Source: an uncultured Candidatus Saccharibacteria bacterium (GTDB lineage Bacteria; Patescibacteriota; Minisyncoccia; Phycocordibacterales; UBA9973). From it: DNA of 64,000 nucleotides. Position numbers and translations under genes: made by a program. The stretch is taken from positions 3,658 through 67,657 of the forward strand of contig CAZHJZ010000003.1 of the NCBI GenBank assembly GCA_964532495.1, read 5' to 3'. Shown piece by piece: positions 7,980-16,414 of the stretch. The notes under the pieces were generated by a model that did no database searches, had not been told where the DNA came from, and was given only the letters and a program-made list of their open reading frames with translations. Within the stretch, counting starts at the first letter, position 1. Each line of letters starts with the position of its first letter.

Positions 7980-9689
7980 ATGCTTAAATTCGACGATGAG
8001 AAATCAGGAAGGCAGCTTGCCGACCTCCGAAAAACCGAAGAAGAAGACGTTGTCCGCATTCTCGCGGAGAATAAATACGGCATCCCCTACATCGACCTTG
8101 GCCCAATCATCGTTGAAAACGATGCTTTGCACTATGTTAGTGAAAAAGAAGCACATGACTATGGCGTTGCGCCGTTCAAAGTGCTCGCAAAGAACATCCT
8201 TATTGGCATTCGCACGCCGGAACGTCCAGAAATCCAGACATTGACCGAGGAACTGCGACTGCGCGGCATGACTCCGGAGTATTACATGGTTTCGCAAGCA
8301 AGCCTTGAAAAAGTATGGAGCCGCTACGGCGAACTTTCTCTTACCACGAGCGCCCGCGTCGGAGGAATGGATGTTTCAGGAGAAACCATTGTTGAACTTG
8401 GAAAAAATATTCACAACACTGAGGATATCAAGCAGCACATCGAAAAATTGGTACAAGAAAAAGATTCTCACAAGGTTTCTCATATCCTCGAAATCATTTT
8501 GGCTGGTGCCATCGCCATCGATGCGTCTGACGTCCACATTGAACCAGAGGAAGATTTTGTCAGATTGCGCTTGCGTCTCGACGGAGTGCTCCAAGACATC
8601 TATCATTTCAACTACGAAGTACACAAGCTCTTGAACTCTCGCCTCAAGCTCATGTCTGGAATGAAGCTTACGTCAAACGCCATCGCGCAAGACGGACGCT
8701 TCTCGATCTTCATCGGCAAAGATGAGATCTCAATGCGTGTCTCTATTGTTCCAGGAGCATACGGCGAAGGAATCGTTATGCGTATCTTGAATCCGAAATC
8801 CATCCGCGTGAACTTGGAAAACATGGGAATCGATACCAAGGTGTACGATGTCATGATGAAAGCGATCAATGCGCCAAACGGCTTGATCTTGATCACCGGT
8901 CCGACTGGTTCCGGTAAAACCACCACGCTGTATGCTTTCTTGGCGAAGATCTATTCTCAAGAATTAAAGATGATGACCATCGAAGACCCGGTGGAATATC
9001 ACCTCGAAGGAATCACGCAGACACAGGTAGAACATGAAAAAGGATATACGTTTGCTGCCGGTTTGCGAGCCGCTATGCGTCAGGACCCTGACGTTATCAT
9101 GGTGGGAGAAATCCGCGACGATGAAACTGCCATGACAGCCATCGAAGCCTCCAACACCGGACACTTGGTGTTCTCAACATTGCACACCAACTCAGCCGCC
9201 GGCGTCGTTCCCCGCCTGATCGACCTTGGAGTTAATCCAAAAATCTTGGTTTCAGCTCTCAAGCTTTCGCTCGCTCAGCGTCTCTGCCGCAAACTTTGCT
9301 TGAACTGCCGAAAAGCAGTCGAAGCTCCCGAGCAGCGACAGATAGACTTGCTCCGAACTATCATTAAAAATGCAGTCACAATCGGCAAAGATCTCAAGCC
9401 ATACGAAGTTACTCCTGACATGCCGATCACACTGTACTCCCCTGTCGGCTGCGACAAATGCAACATGACTGGGTACAAAGGACGAATCGGTATCTTTGAA
9501 GCAATCCACACAAACGAAGAAATGGAAAAGCTCATCGTCACTGTCCCATCCGAACGCGACGTAAAGCACGTTGCCGACAAGCAAGGCTTGCTCGATATGA
9601 AAGAAGACGGCGTTGTGAAAATCGTCCGCGGCATCACATCGTTTGAAGAAGTGGCGAACGTTGTCGATCTTTTCGAGACAGATAAATAA
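7980..9689 (+). CDS. pilB: type IV pilus assembly / type II secretion ATPase (PilB/GspE family)
   Basis: T2SSE_N-like N-domain; Walker A GPTGSGKTTT; Asp and His boxes; tetracysteine CLNC...CDKC motif typical of GspE/PilB. A perfect TATAAT sits ~13 nt upstream. Confidence 0.9.
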   Translation: MLKFDDEKSGRQLADLRKTEEEDVVRILAENKYGIPYIDLGPIIVENDALHYVSEKEAHDYGVAPFKVLAKNILIGIRTPERPEIQTLTEELRLRGMTPEYYMVSQASLEKVWSRYGELSLTTSARVGGMDVSGETIVELGKNIHNTEDIKQHIEKLVQEKDSHKVSHILEIILAGAIAIDASDVHIEPEEDFVRLRLRLDGVLQDIYHFNYEVHKLLNSRLKLMSGMKLTSNAIAQDGRFSIFIGKDEISMRVSIVPGAYGEGIVMRILNPKSIRVNLENMGIDTKVYDVMMKAINAPNGLILITGPTGSGKTTTLYAFLAKIYSQELKMMTIEDPVEYHLEGITQTQVEHEKGYTFAAGLRAAMRQDPDVIMVGEIRDDETAMTAIEASNTGHLVFSTLHTNSAAGVVPRLIDLGVNPKILVSALKLSLAQRLCRKLCLNCRKAVEAPEQRQIDLLRTIIKNAVTIGKDLKPYEVTPDMPITLYSPVGCDKCNMTGYKGRIGIFEAIHTNEEMEKLIVTVPSERDVKHVADKQGLLDMKEDGVVKIVRGITSFEEVANVVDLFETDK

Positions 9690-9699
9690 AATGAGATAA

Positions 9700-9735
9700 A
9701 AAAATGCCTCCGGTTTTGCCGGAGGTCTTTTTGAT
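9700..9735. terminator. bidirectional terminator hairpin gcctccgg-tttt-gccggagg between convergent pilB and guaA
   Basis: GC-rich stem flanked by A-run on one side and T-run on the other. Confidence 0.6.
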
Positions 9736-9753
9736 TTAGTTACAAAATATTTT

Positions 9754-11397
9754 TTATCCTACTTCTATCGTTGCAGGCGGTTTATCAGAGATCCGATAAT
9801 CAACGCTGCCCGCACCTTTTACGGTATTGGTAATTCTTGTTGAAACAGTTTTAAGGAATGACCACGGTAATTCTGCGAACTGCGCAGTAAATCCATTTAC
9901 GCTCCATACTGCCCATAAGCAAATCATGCGGCCAGTAGTACCACCATCGCCCTTTTGGCAAGAAACTTCCATATCAGTTACAACCGCGCCTGCTTGCCAT
10001 ACTTTTTCGTATAGCTTGTGTTTGCGCAATTCATCTATGTATATAGAATCAATTATCCGTGCAATTGCCAGCGTTTCAGCATTTACCTCGCCAATAATGC
10101 GGATAGTAAGACCTGGTCCGGGAAATGGATGGCGAACCAAGAGTTCCTCAGGAACCCCTATTTCTCTTCCCATATCGCGGGCATTATCTTTTACCATGTC
10201 ATCAAGCGGGGTAAGTTCTGGCACGCAAAACTCGTGGCCGACGTTGTGGTGCTCTTTTATTACAGCCTTCTTCACTCCAGCACTCACATACCCATGGCCG
10301 CTCTCAGAAAGATCGGTATATAGTGTTCCCTGCATAATAAATCTTGCGCCGAGGCGCTGTGCTTCTTTATTCAGAATATCGCCATACGGGCTTTTGAATG
10401 ATTTGCGCTTCTCTTTCATGGTAAATTTCCCTTTCAAAGAATCCAGAATTTGCTGCGTTGCATCTACTATATATAGCTCTATCCAACGCTCATTACCAAA
10501 AAACTTTTTCACATATGCTTCATCGTCCGGGCGATCAACGCCTTTGATGTACACTGCATATATTCTTGTTGGTAATGTACACAATTTCTTTGCCTCCTTT
10601 AAAAGATATGCGCAGATTGATGAATCGCTTCCGCCAGACAGTGCCAGCAGCACGGTTTTGCCGTCAATTTGCTTTGCTAGTTCCTCAATTTTCCGCTTAC
10701 CTACTTTCTGAGCAGGAAAACGATCCTGGGCTTTGCATATTTTGAAAATAAAATTCTCGAATATTTTAGAGCCGTATTCGGTATCGCTTACTTCGGCATG
10801 GAATTGTATTCCCACTAAATGATTATATTGAAGCGCACCTACCTCAGAATGCTCGGTTGAGCCGAGTATGCGAAGATTGTTGTCCACCTGATCCACAACT
10901 ATTTTATCTCCGTGGCTTTGTACCACGTTGAAGGTTTTTGGCAGTGAATCGAATAATATATTTTCATTAATTGGAAGTTTAGTGCTACTTTCTGCAACAG
11001 TAAACTGGTGTATGCCGAATTCGCGGTGCGTCGCAGAAACCACATTAGCTCCAACATACTTAGCTATTAGCTGGGCACCGTAACAGATTCCCAGAACAGG
11101 AATTCCTAAACCTAAAATCTTCATATCGAATGAAACCGTCCCATCACCTACTGAAGCCTGACTCCCGGAAATAAAAATTCCTTTGGGGTTAAGCTTATAT
11201 ATATCTTCTGCTGTAATCGAAGCAGGATCTATCGGCAAACAAAATACGCCAAGTTTGGCAATCTGTTGCGCGATAAGGTGATCAGTTTGGCTGCCAAGGG
11301 GAACAAGTATAAATAGCTCATCGCTACCTCTGATCTTTTGCTGTTCGGCAATTCCTTCGAGTGTTTCCTTATTTACGTCCGTAATTGTCGCTACCAT
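9754..11397 (-). CDS. guaA: GMP synthase (glutamine-hydrolysing)
   Basis: Class I glutamine amidotransferase domain (GICYGAQL with active-site Cys, HAEV His) followed by the ATP-pyrophosphatase PP-loop ALSGGSDSS and a C-terminal dimerisation domain. Start chosen at internal MVATIT. Confidence 0.9.
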   Translation of the reverse strand: MVATITDVNKETLEGIAEQQKIRGSDELFILVPLGSQTDHLIAQQIAKLGVFCLPIDPASITAEDIYKLNPKGIFISGSQASVGDGTVSFDMKILGLGIPVLGICYGAQLIAKYVGANVVSATHREFGIHQFTVAESSTKLPINENILFDSLPKTFNVVQSHGDKIVVDQVDNNLRILGSTEHSEVGALQYNHLVGIQFHAEVSDTEYGSKIFENFIFKICKAQDRFPAQKVGKRKIEELAKQIDGKTVLLALSGGSDSSICAYLLKEAKKLCTLPTRIYAVYIKGVDRPDDEAYVKKFFGNERWIELYIVDATQQILDSLKGKFTMKEKRKSFKSPYGDILNKEAQRLGARFIMQGTLYTDLSESGHGYVSAGVKKAVIKEHHNVGHEFCVPELTPLDDMVKDNARDMGREIGVPEELLVRHPFPGPGLTIRIIGEVNAETLAIARIIDSIYIDELRKHKLYEKVWQAGAVVTDMEVSCQKGDGGTTGRMICLWAVWSVNGFTAQFAELPWSFLKTVSTRITNTVKGAGSVDYRISDKPPATIEVG

Positions 11398-11486
11398 AGT
11401 CTTATATTGGTTTTTTAACGAGTGATTGAATGTCCGCACTTTACTATTCATTTTGCTATAAGTCAAAAGCTAGTTGAAATAAAAAA

Positions 11487-11520
11487 ACTCCCGTTAACCT
11501 TTCGGCTAACGGGTAGTTAT
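11487..11520. terminator. hairpin cccgttaacc-tttcgg-ctaacggg after the 11540..12169 gene
   Basis: Stem-loop with an adjacent A-run on the plus strand, which is a T-run on the transcribed minus strand. Confidence 0.5.
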
Positions 11521-11539
11521 AGAAATAACATCGTAGTTA

Positions 11540-12169
11540 CTATTCGCGTTTTTCGTAAATATGCTCATAGCAATAATCGGTAAATACCGTTGGTTCCAGA
11601 TGAATGTATGTATCTGCATCTTCGGCGGGTAGCACAGGCGGAAGCGAGCACTTTTTTACAATCTCACTGAACAATCGTCCCAAGCCAATTGAAAAGCACA
11701 GTGAACTAATGTCACCTGTTTGAGAGAGGGTGCGTTGTTTTTCGAACTCTTTTGCAACGGGCAATAAAAGTTCTGGCCCAACTTCAAGCAAGCTTAGAGC
11801 TGTGTCAGTTAAATGGAAAAAACCAGTATATATCCTGCCAGCAAACAAAATCTCAGCTTTAAACCCCATCATATACTGAAGCGTAACGAGTGCTTTTGCG
11901 ATAATGGCAAAAATAGGAAACTTTCCTCCTTCGTATTCAGGCAAAGCTGTTTCCAGTAAAACTCGCTTCACTTTTTCTTTAGGTGTTTCCGATAGAATCA
12001 TGTAGGCACATAGTGTGACGCATAATTGTTCGGGGTTTTTAAATTCATAGTATTCAAGCATCCCTGCAAGAATAATCTCGAGGTGTTTTGTTTCCTCTTT
12101 TTTAAATTGCACGATTTTTTGCATTGCAGCAACGATTGTCTCATCGTCTGGTGTCGCGTTCTGGTTCAT
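11540..12169 (-). CDS. hypothetical protein (209 aa)
   Basis: Track ORF with codon-like composition and no recognisable motif. Confidence 0.45.
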   Translation of the reverse strand: MNQNATPDDETIVAAMQKIVQFKKEETKHLEIILAGMLEYYEFKNPEQLCVTLCAYMILSETPKEKVKRVLLETALPEYEGGKFPIFAIIAKALVTLQYMMGFKAEILFAGRIYTGFFHLTDTALSLLEVGPELLLPVAKEFEKQRTLSQTGDISSLCFSIGLGRLFSEIVKKCSLPPVLPAEDADTYIHLEPTVFTDYCYEHIYEKRE

Positions 12170-12509
12170 GTTTCTGTATTTGGGTTTTTTAAAGATTTAG
12201 GTCAATTTCGAAAATAGGTATAAAAAAAGGCATTAATCTCCAAACCATCCATATGCGACTGTGCCGCGTATGCATCGCAGCCGTCAAGGAGAGTTCCAGT
12301 CGAAACCAAAACATCCTGTCAGAATACGTACAAACCCTTACGAGCTGATAGCTTAGAGATTAATACCCTCTTTCGAACCATTGTGAACGTGACCCACATC
12401 ATACATAATGCAAAAACACAGTGCTAGCCACGTCTGTGGTATACTCTGTGTATAAGCTGTTAATAATGTGATCTGAGAAGAGTATAGCATCTCTCAACTT
12501 TTTTGTCAA

Positions 12510-13535
12510 GTGCTCTTCCCAGATGATTCAGAATCTATGGATACCCCTGAAAAACAAGAACATTTTAATGATCGCCATTTAGACCAAACACTGCGTCCTG
12601 ATGTTTGGACTGATTATATTGGCCAAAACACGATAAAGGAAAACTTGCGCATACTTTTGACTGCCGCAAAGGAGCGAAACCACCCTGCGGAGCATATTCT
12701 CTTTTATGGCCCTCCAGGATTGGGCAAAACCACCCTTGCCCACCTTGTGGCTCACGAAACAGGCCGCCAGATCAAGATCACTTCGGGTCCATCTATTGAG
12801 AAAGTTGGCGACCTCGCATCAATCCTCACCAACCTTGCTCCTGGCGATATTATTTTCATCGATGAGATTCACCGCTTGAACAAAATGGTGGAAGAAGTTC
12901 TCTACCCTGCCATGGAATCCGGCGTTTTGGATATCATCATCGGCAAAGGACCATCTGCGCGAACTATTCAGCTTGAACTTCCCCCATTTACCTTGATCGC
13001 CGCCACAACTAGAATTGCGCTTCTCTCCGCTCCGCTCCGCTCGCGCTTCGGCGGCGGCGTCTTCCGCCTTGAATTTTATTCTCATGACGAAATCAAAAAA
13101 ATCATCAGCCGTTCAGCAAAAATCCTCGGCGTGAACATCGACGACGAAGGCGTCGATGAAATTGCAAAGCGAGCTCGCTTTACTCCCCGCACCGCCAACT
13201 ATTTCCTCAAGCGTGTTCGCGACTACGCCCAAGTTCACAAAAAAGATCTCGATAAAAAAACGGTATTCCTCGCACTCTCTCTCCTCGGTATCGATGAAAT
13301 GGGACTTTCAGAATCTGACAGGAATATTCTCCAGACTATTATTGAAAAATTCAACGGTGGACCTGTCGGTCTCAACACCATCGCCGCGGCGACAAGCGAA
13401 GAAGAAGCTACAATAGAAGAAGTAGTTGAACCGTATCTCATCCAGCAAGGCTTGCTCGAGCGAACTCCTCGTGGACGAACAGCGACAAAGAAAGCATATG
13501 AACATCTAGGTTTTGAAGGTTTTATAGAGAAATAA
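12510..13535 (+). CDS. ruvB: Holliday junction branch migration ATPase RuvB
   Basis: AAA+ motifs [21 protein letters not shown], sensor region and the RuvB C-terminal winged-helix pattern. An extended -10 TGGTATACT sits ~65 nt upstream. Confidence 0.9.
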   Translation: MLFPDDSESMDTPEKQEHFNDRHLDQTLRPDVWTDYIGQNTIKENLRILLTAAKERNHPAEHILFYGPPGLGKTTLAHLVAHETGRQIKITSGPSIEKVGDLASILTNLAPGDIIFIDEIHRLNKMVEEVLYPAMESGVLDIIIGKGPSARTIQLELPPFTLIAATTRIALLSAPLRSRFGGGVFRLEFYSHDEIKKIISRSAKILGVNIDDEGVDEIAKRARFTPRTANYFLKRVRDYAQVHKKDLDKKTVFLALSLLGIDEMGLSESDRNILQTIIEKFNGGPVGLNTIAAATSEEEATIEEVVEPYLIQQGLLERTPRGRTATKKAYEHLGFEGFIEK

Positions 13536-13563
13536 AAAACGCTGAATATTCAGCGTTTTTTAT
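13535..13563. terminator. bidirectional terminator aaaaaacgctgaatattcagcgtttttt between convergent ruvB and the hydrolase gene
   Basis: Perfect palindromic stem flanked by A6 and T6. Confidence 0.7.
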
Positions 13564-14157
13564 TTATTTCAATAGCTCTAATACTTCTTCCAAAATCTCC
13601 GGCGTACTCTCCCCTATTTCTTCATACATAAAATGTCCTTTCTTTGAAACCACAACAAGTTTCGGATCGAGTCGTTCTTTGAATGCCTGCTTATTTTTTT
13701 CAAACGGAATAAGCGGATCGTTGTCCGAGAGCATTACCGTCAGTCGAGGCAAAAGCTCGCGAACTTTTTTGTAATTCACTTTCTTTATCAGCCATCGAGG
13801 TATGATGATTCGCGCACCGAGTCCTACCAACCAGCCGTATGGAAATGATACGTATGACCATCCGCCCGCGAAAGCTCCGACGAGCAGTGCGCCGCCCGCT
13901 TTGTTTTCCTGAGATTGCATGAGGAGCATAATCGCACGCGTACCGAGACTGTATCCGACAAAGTATGTGTCCTCGTCGATCACGCCAACTTTGTTGCGAA
14001 GATGCGACATCCACAGCCACATCGGAGGAGTGTATGTCATTGGCATTTTCAGAGCCTCTACTTGATAGCCCCGTGCCAACAGTTCCCTGGTAAGCCACGG
14101 AATCCAATCCCGCTTCGGACTTCCTGACCAGCCGTGGACAATAATGACGCGTTTCAT
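13564..14157 (-). CDS. alpha/beta-fold serine hydrolase (RBBP9/YdeN-like)
   Basis: IIVHGWSGS...GYSLG (GxSxG nucleophile elbow)...DNDPLIP...GHF pattern. Start chosen at MKRVIIVHGW. An extended -10 TGCTATACT lies 8 nt before the ATG. Confidence 0.65.
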   Translation of the reverse strand: MKRVIIVHGWSGSPKRDWIPWLTRELLARGYQVEALKMPMTYTPPMWLWMSHLRNKVGVIDEDTYFVGYSLGTRAIMLLMQSQENKAGGALLVGAFAGGWSYVSFPYGWLVGLGARIIIPRWLIKKVNYKKVRELLPRLTVMLSDNDPLIPFEKNKQAFKERLDPKLVVVSKKGHFMYEEIGESTPEILEEVLELLK

Positions 14158-14261
14158 ATTAAGAGAGTATAGCAAAAAGTCTACTTATTCATGAATAACA
14201 TAAAAAAATTACGTTCTAGATAAATCCAGAACGTAAGTGTGTACAATAAAACTAACTAGTA

Positions 14262-14801
14262 TTAGCGAACCGGATTTTTTTCCAGTTCTTGCATTATTTC
14301 TATCGGTGTAAGTCCTTTTTTGCTCCGAATGCCGAGGCAGCTTCCCCACCAAGCAAGAACAGCAACAATCGTAGTAGTTGCAACCGAGCCTATCACTATT
14401 GCTAGGATATTTTCTGGTTTGCTGTTCAATATATGGCCCGAATATGCGACAGCAAGAATAAATGTTATGCCTCCACTATAAAACACAATTGCTGCCAGCA
14501 GATTAATGGCGTTAGAAACTAACCAGAGAATTACACAAGCCACAAACCAAAAAGGGTACGTAAGGTAGTCCGTCCATTCATAGCACTCATCGGGCCCGTC
14601 AAACATAGCGGCGCCTGGGATAATCCAAACGGAAGGTATCAGTAATAATATTGTAGTAGCAAAACAGCTAATCATTAGTAAACCGGCTATCATTGATGGC
14701 CGGCCATGTTTTGCTTCTTCTACACAATAGTAGAACAAGAAACCCGTGATAAAGGCTAAACATGCAGCGAGCGTGAAGTACAGAAATTTTTGTGTTTTCA
14801 T
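14262..14801 (-). CDS. hypothetical integral membrane protein (4-5 predicted TM helices)
   Basis: Track ORF with long hydrophobic stretches. A hairpin at ~14212-14240 follows its stop. Confidence 0.5.
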   Translation of the reverse strand: MKTQKFLYFTLAACLAFITGFLFYYCVEEAKHGRPSMIAGLLMISCFATTILLLIPSVWIIPGAAMFDGPDECYEWTDYLTYPFWFVACVILWLVSNAINLLAAIVFYSGGITFILAVAYSGHILNSKPENILAIVIGSVATTTIVAVLAWWGSCLGIRSKKGLTPIEIMQELEKNPVR

Positions 14802-14963
14802 AGGACAATGTGTTGGTTTAGTTATATAAATTGAGAAAAACTTCTCCGCTTATATAACTAAACCACCCATGCGATTTGCTAGTATTATAGCATTATTTTT
14901 ACTTATGGTCAATAGATGCTTCCCCATTGAATATTAAGGGTAAATTCTGTAAGCTGTACCAAT

Positions 14964-15497
14964 ATGAGTCACTCTCAGTGGGAAAAGAAAAAAGGAAAGA
15001 AGGCCTCGCAAGGCGACACTATCAGCAAGCTCTACACGAAGCTTGTCCGCGTTATTACCCTTGAAGCCAAAAAGTCAGGCGGCAACCGCGAGAGCCCGGG
15101 CTTGAAAGTGGCTATTCAAAAAGCACGCGATGTAGATATGCCGAATGACAATATCGAGCGAGCTATCAAAAAAGCGACTGAGGCGAGCGAGCAGCTTGAG
15201 CGTATGACCTACGAAGCATACGGACCGGGCGGCGTTGGCATCATCATTGAAGCGCTATCAACAAACCGAAACAAGGCGGCGCAGGAAATCAAACACATTC
15301 TTTCTGAACATGGAACTGCATTTGCGGGTATCGGCGCGGTTACGTGGGGTTTTGCCAAAACTGACAACGAATGGGCGCCAACTATGACTATTCCCCTCTC
15401 CGACGAAGACAAAGAAAAATTGGAATTGCTTGTAGACGACCTCGAAGGCAACGATGAAGTGCAGGCCGTATTCACTAACCTGGAGGAAACGGAATGA
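14964..15497 (+). CDS. yebC: YebC/PmpR family probable transcriptional regulator (short, 177 aa)
   Basis: N-terminal SHSQWEKKKGKKASQGD...KLVRVITLEAKKSGGNRESPGLKVAIQKARDVDMPNDNIERAIKKA matches the YebC family. Its stop overlaps the ruvC start (ATGA), the conserved yebC-ruvC arrangement. Confidence 0.75.
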   Translation: MSHSQWEKKKGKKASQGDTISKLYTKLVRVITLEAKKSGGNRESPGLKVAIQKARDVDMPNDNIERAIKKATEASEQLERMTYEAYGPGGVGIIIEALSTNRNKAAQEIKHILSEHGTAFAGIGAVTWGFAKTDNEWAPTMTIPLSDEDKEKLELLVDDLEGNDEVQAVFTNLEETE

Positions 15498-15973
15498 GGA
15501 TCATGGGAATCGATCCAGGATTTGAACGCCTCGGGATCGCCATCATAGAAAAAGAAAAAGGCGGCAAGGAGAAGCTGCTTTTTTCTGAATGTTTTAAAAC
15601 GTCCAAAACACTGGAATTTTCAGAACGGCTGAAGTTGCTTGGAGACCGAGTATCTCTGCTGATACAAGAATATGAGCCAAAATGCCTCGGGATTGAAACG
15701 CTTTTTTTTGAAACAAACAAGACAACGGCTATGCGCGTTGCCGAAGTCCGCGGCGCTCTCCTGTATATCGCCACCCAAAATGATCTAAAAATTTGCGAAT
15801 ACTCTCCGCTTCAGATAAAATCAGCTGTCACTGGATATGGCAAAGCAGACAAGCGCGCAGTAATGACAATGGTGCCGAAATTGATCAAGATAGAGGGAGA
15901 AAAAAAGATGATCGATGACGAATTGGACGCGATCGCAATCGCTCTTACCGCAAGCGCTTCGGAAAAATATTAG
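15494..15973 (+). CDS. ruvC: crossover junction endodeoxyribonuclease RuvC
   Basis: MRIMGIDPGFERLGIAI (catalytic Asp), E..., ...DAIAIAL motifs of RuvC. Confidence 0.9.
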   Translation: MRIMGIDPGFERLGIAIIEKEKGGKEKLLFSECFKTSKTLEFSERLKLLGDRVSLLIQEYEPKCLGIETLFFETNKTTAMRVAEVRGALLYIATQNDLKICEYSPLQIKSAVTGYGKADKRAVMTMVPKLIKIEGEKKMIDDELDAIAIALTASASEKY

Positions 15974-15989
15974 TTTTCCACAACTTTAA

Positions 15990-16015
15990 CCCGCAATTGT
16001 GTTGCGGTGCATATC
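15990..16015 (+). terminator. hairpin ccgcaattgtgttgcgg followed by a T-rich tract, after ruvC
   Basis: 6-bp GC stem followed by tgcatatctgtattt. Confidence 0.45.
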
Positions 16016-16087
16016 TGTATTTGATACAAATGGAGCACGTTAGTAGTAGTTTGCCGGCGCAAACCTTCCGGCACAATAAAAAGAACC

Positions 16088-16282
16088 ATGGATGAAGAAG
16101 TAAAAGAACCAATAATTGATGATGTTGTCGAAGGAGCAATCCCGAACCTCGATGATGCTTTTGAAGTTGAAGACCCGATCGCAGTAGAAGATGATCTCGG
16201 CGTAGTACTGACAGAAGATCTGGAAGAGGATGAGGATTTCGACGCTGATTTCTTTACAGAAGACAAAGACGGAAATTATTAA
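16088..16282 (+). CDS. small highly acidic protein (64 aa, ~40% Asp/Glu), hypothetical
   Basis: Track ORF MDEEVKEPIIDDVVEGAIPNLDDAFEVEDPIAVEDDLGVVLTEDLEEDEDFDADFFTEDKDGNY. Uncertain whether it is expressed. Confidence 0.3.
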   Translation: MDEEVKEPIIDDVVEGAIPNLDDAFEVEDPIAVEDDLGVVLTEDLEEDEDFDADFFTEDKDGNY

Positions 16283-16320
16283 GAACAGGAAAGAGAAAAG
16301 CTCACTGAACATTAGATACC

Positions 16321-16385
16321 TAGGGCGGAGGGTGTACAAAAATTTGCGAATTTAAGAGCAAATTTTTCGTACCCCGCAGCCATCG
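16321..16385. repeat. copy A of a ~60-nt conserved hairpin element (GCGGAGrG-GTACAAA-stem-GAAyTTrAGAG-stem-TTTCGTACC)
   Basis: gggcggagggtGTACAAAaatttgcGAAtTTaAGAGcaaatttTTCGTACCccgcagc. A second copy at ~61612-61675 shows compensatory base changes in the stem. Confidence 0.5.
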
Positions 16386-16414
16386 GTCTTAATGCTTGGT
16401 GAGCTTTTTGTTTT

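Noticed and set aside
9827-10711. 294-aa plus-strand ORF within guaA
   Set aside because: It is antisense to the GMP synthase gene, which has unambiguous PP-loop and GATase motifs. Its Ser/Pro-rich composition is typical of a shadow frame.
12170-12509. Possible SRP RNA or RNase P RNA in the 340-nt intergenic region upstream of ruvB
   Set aside because: No conserved SRP domain IV motif (GGAAGCAGCC-like) and no RNase P P4 or CR-I/II/III signatures were found. Only short inverted repeats (ttaatctc/gagattaa) and an extended -10 for ruvB are present.
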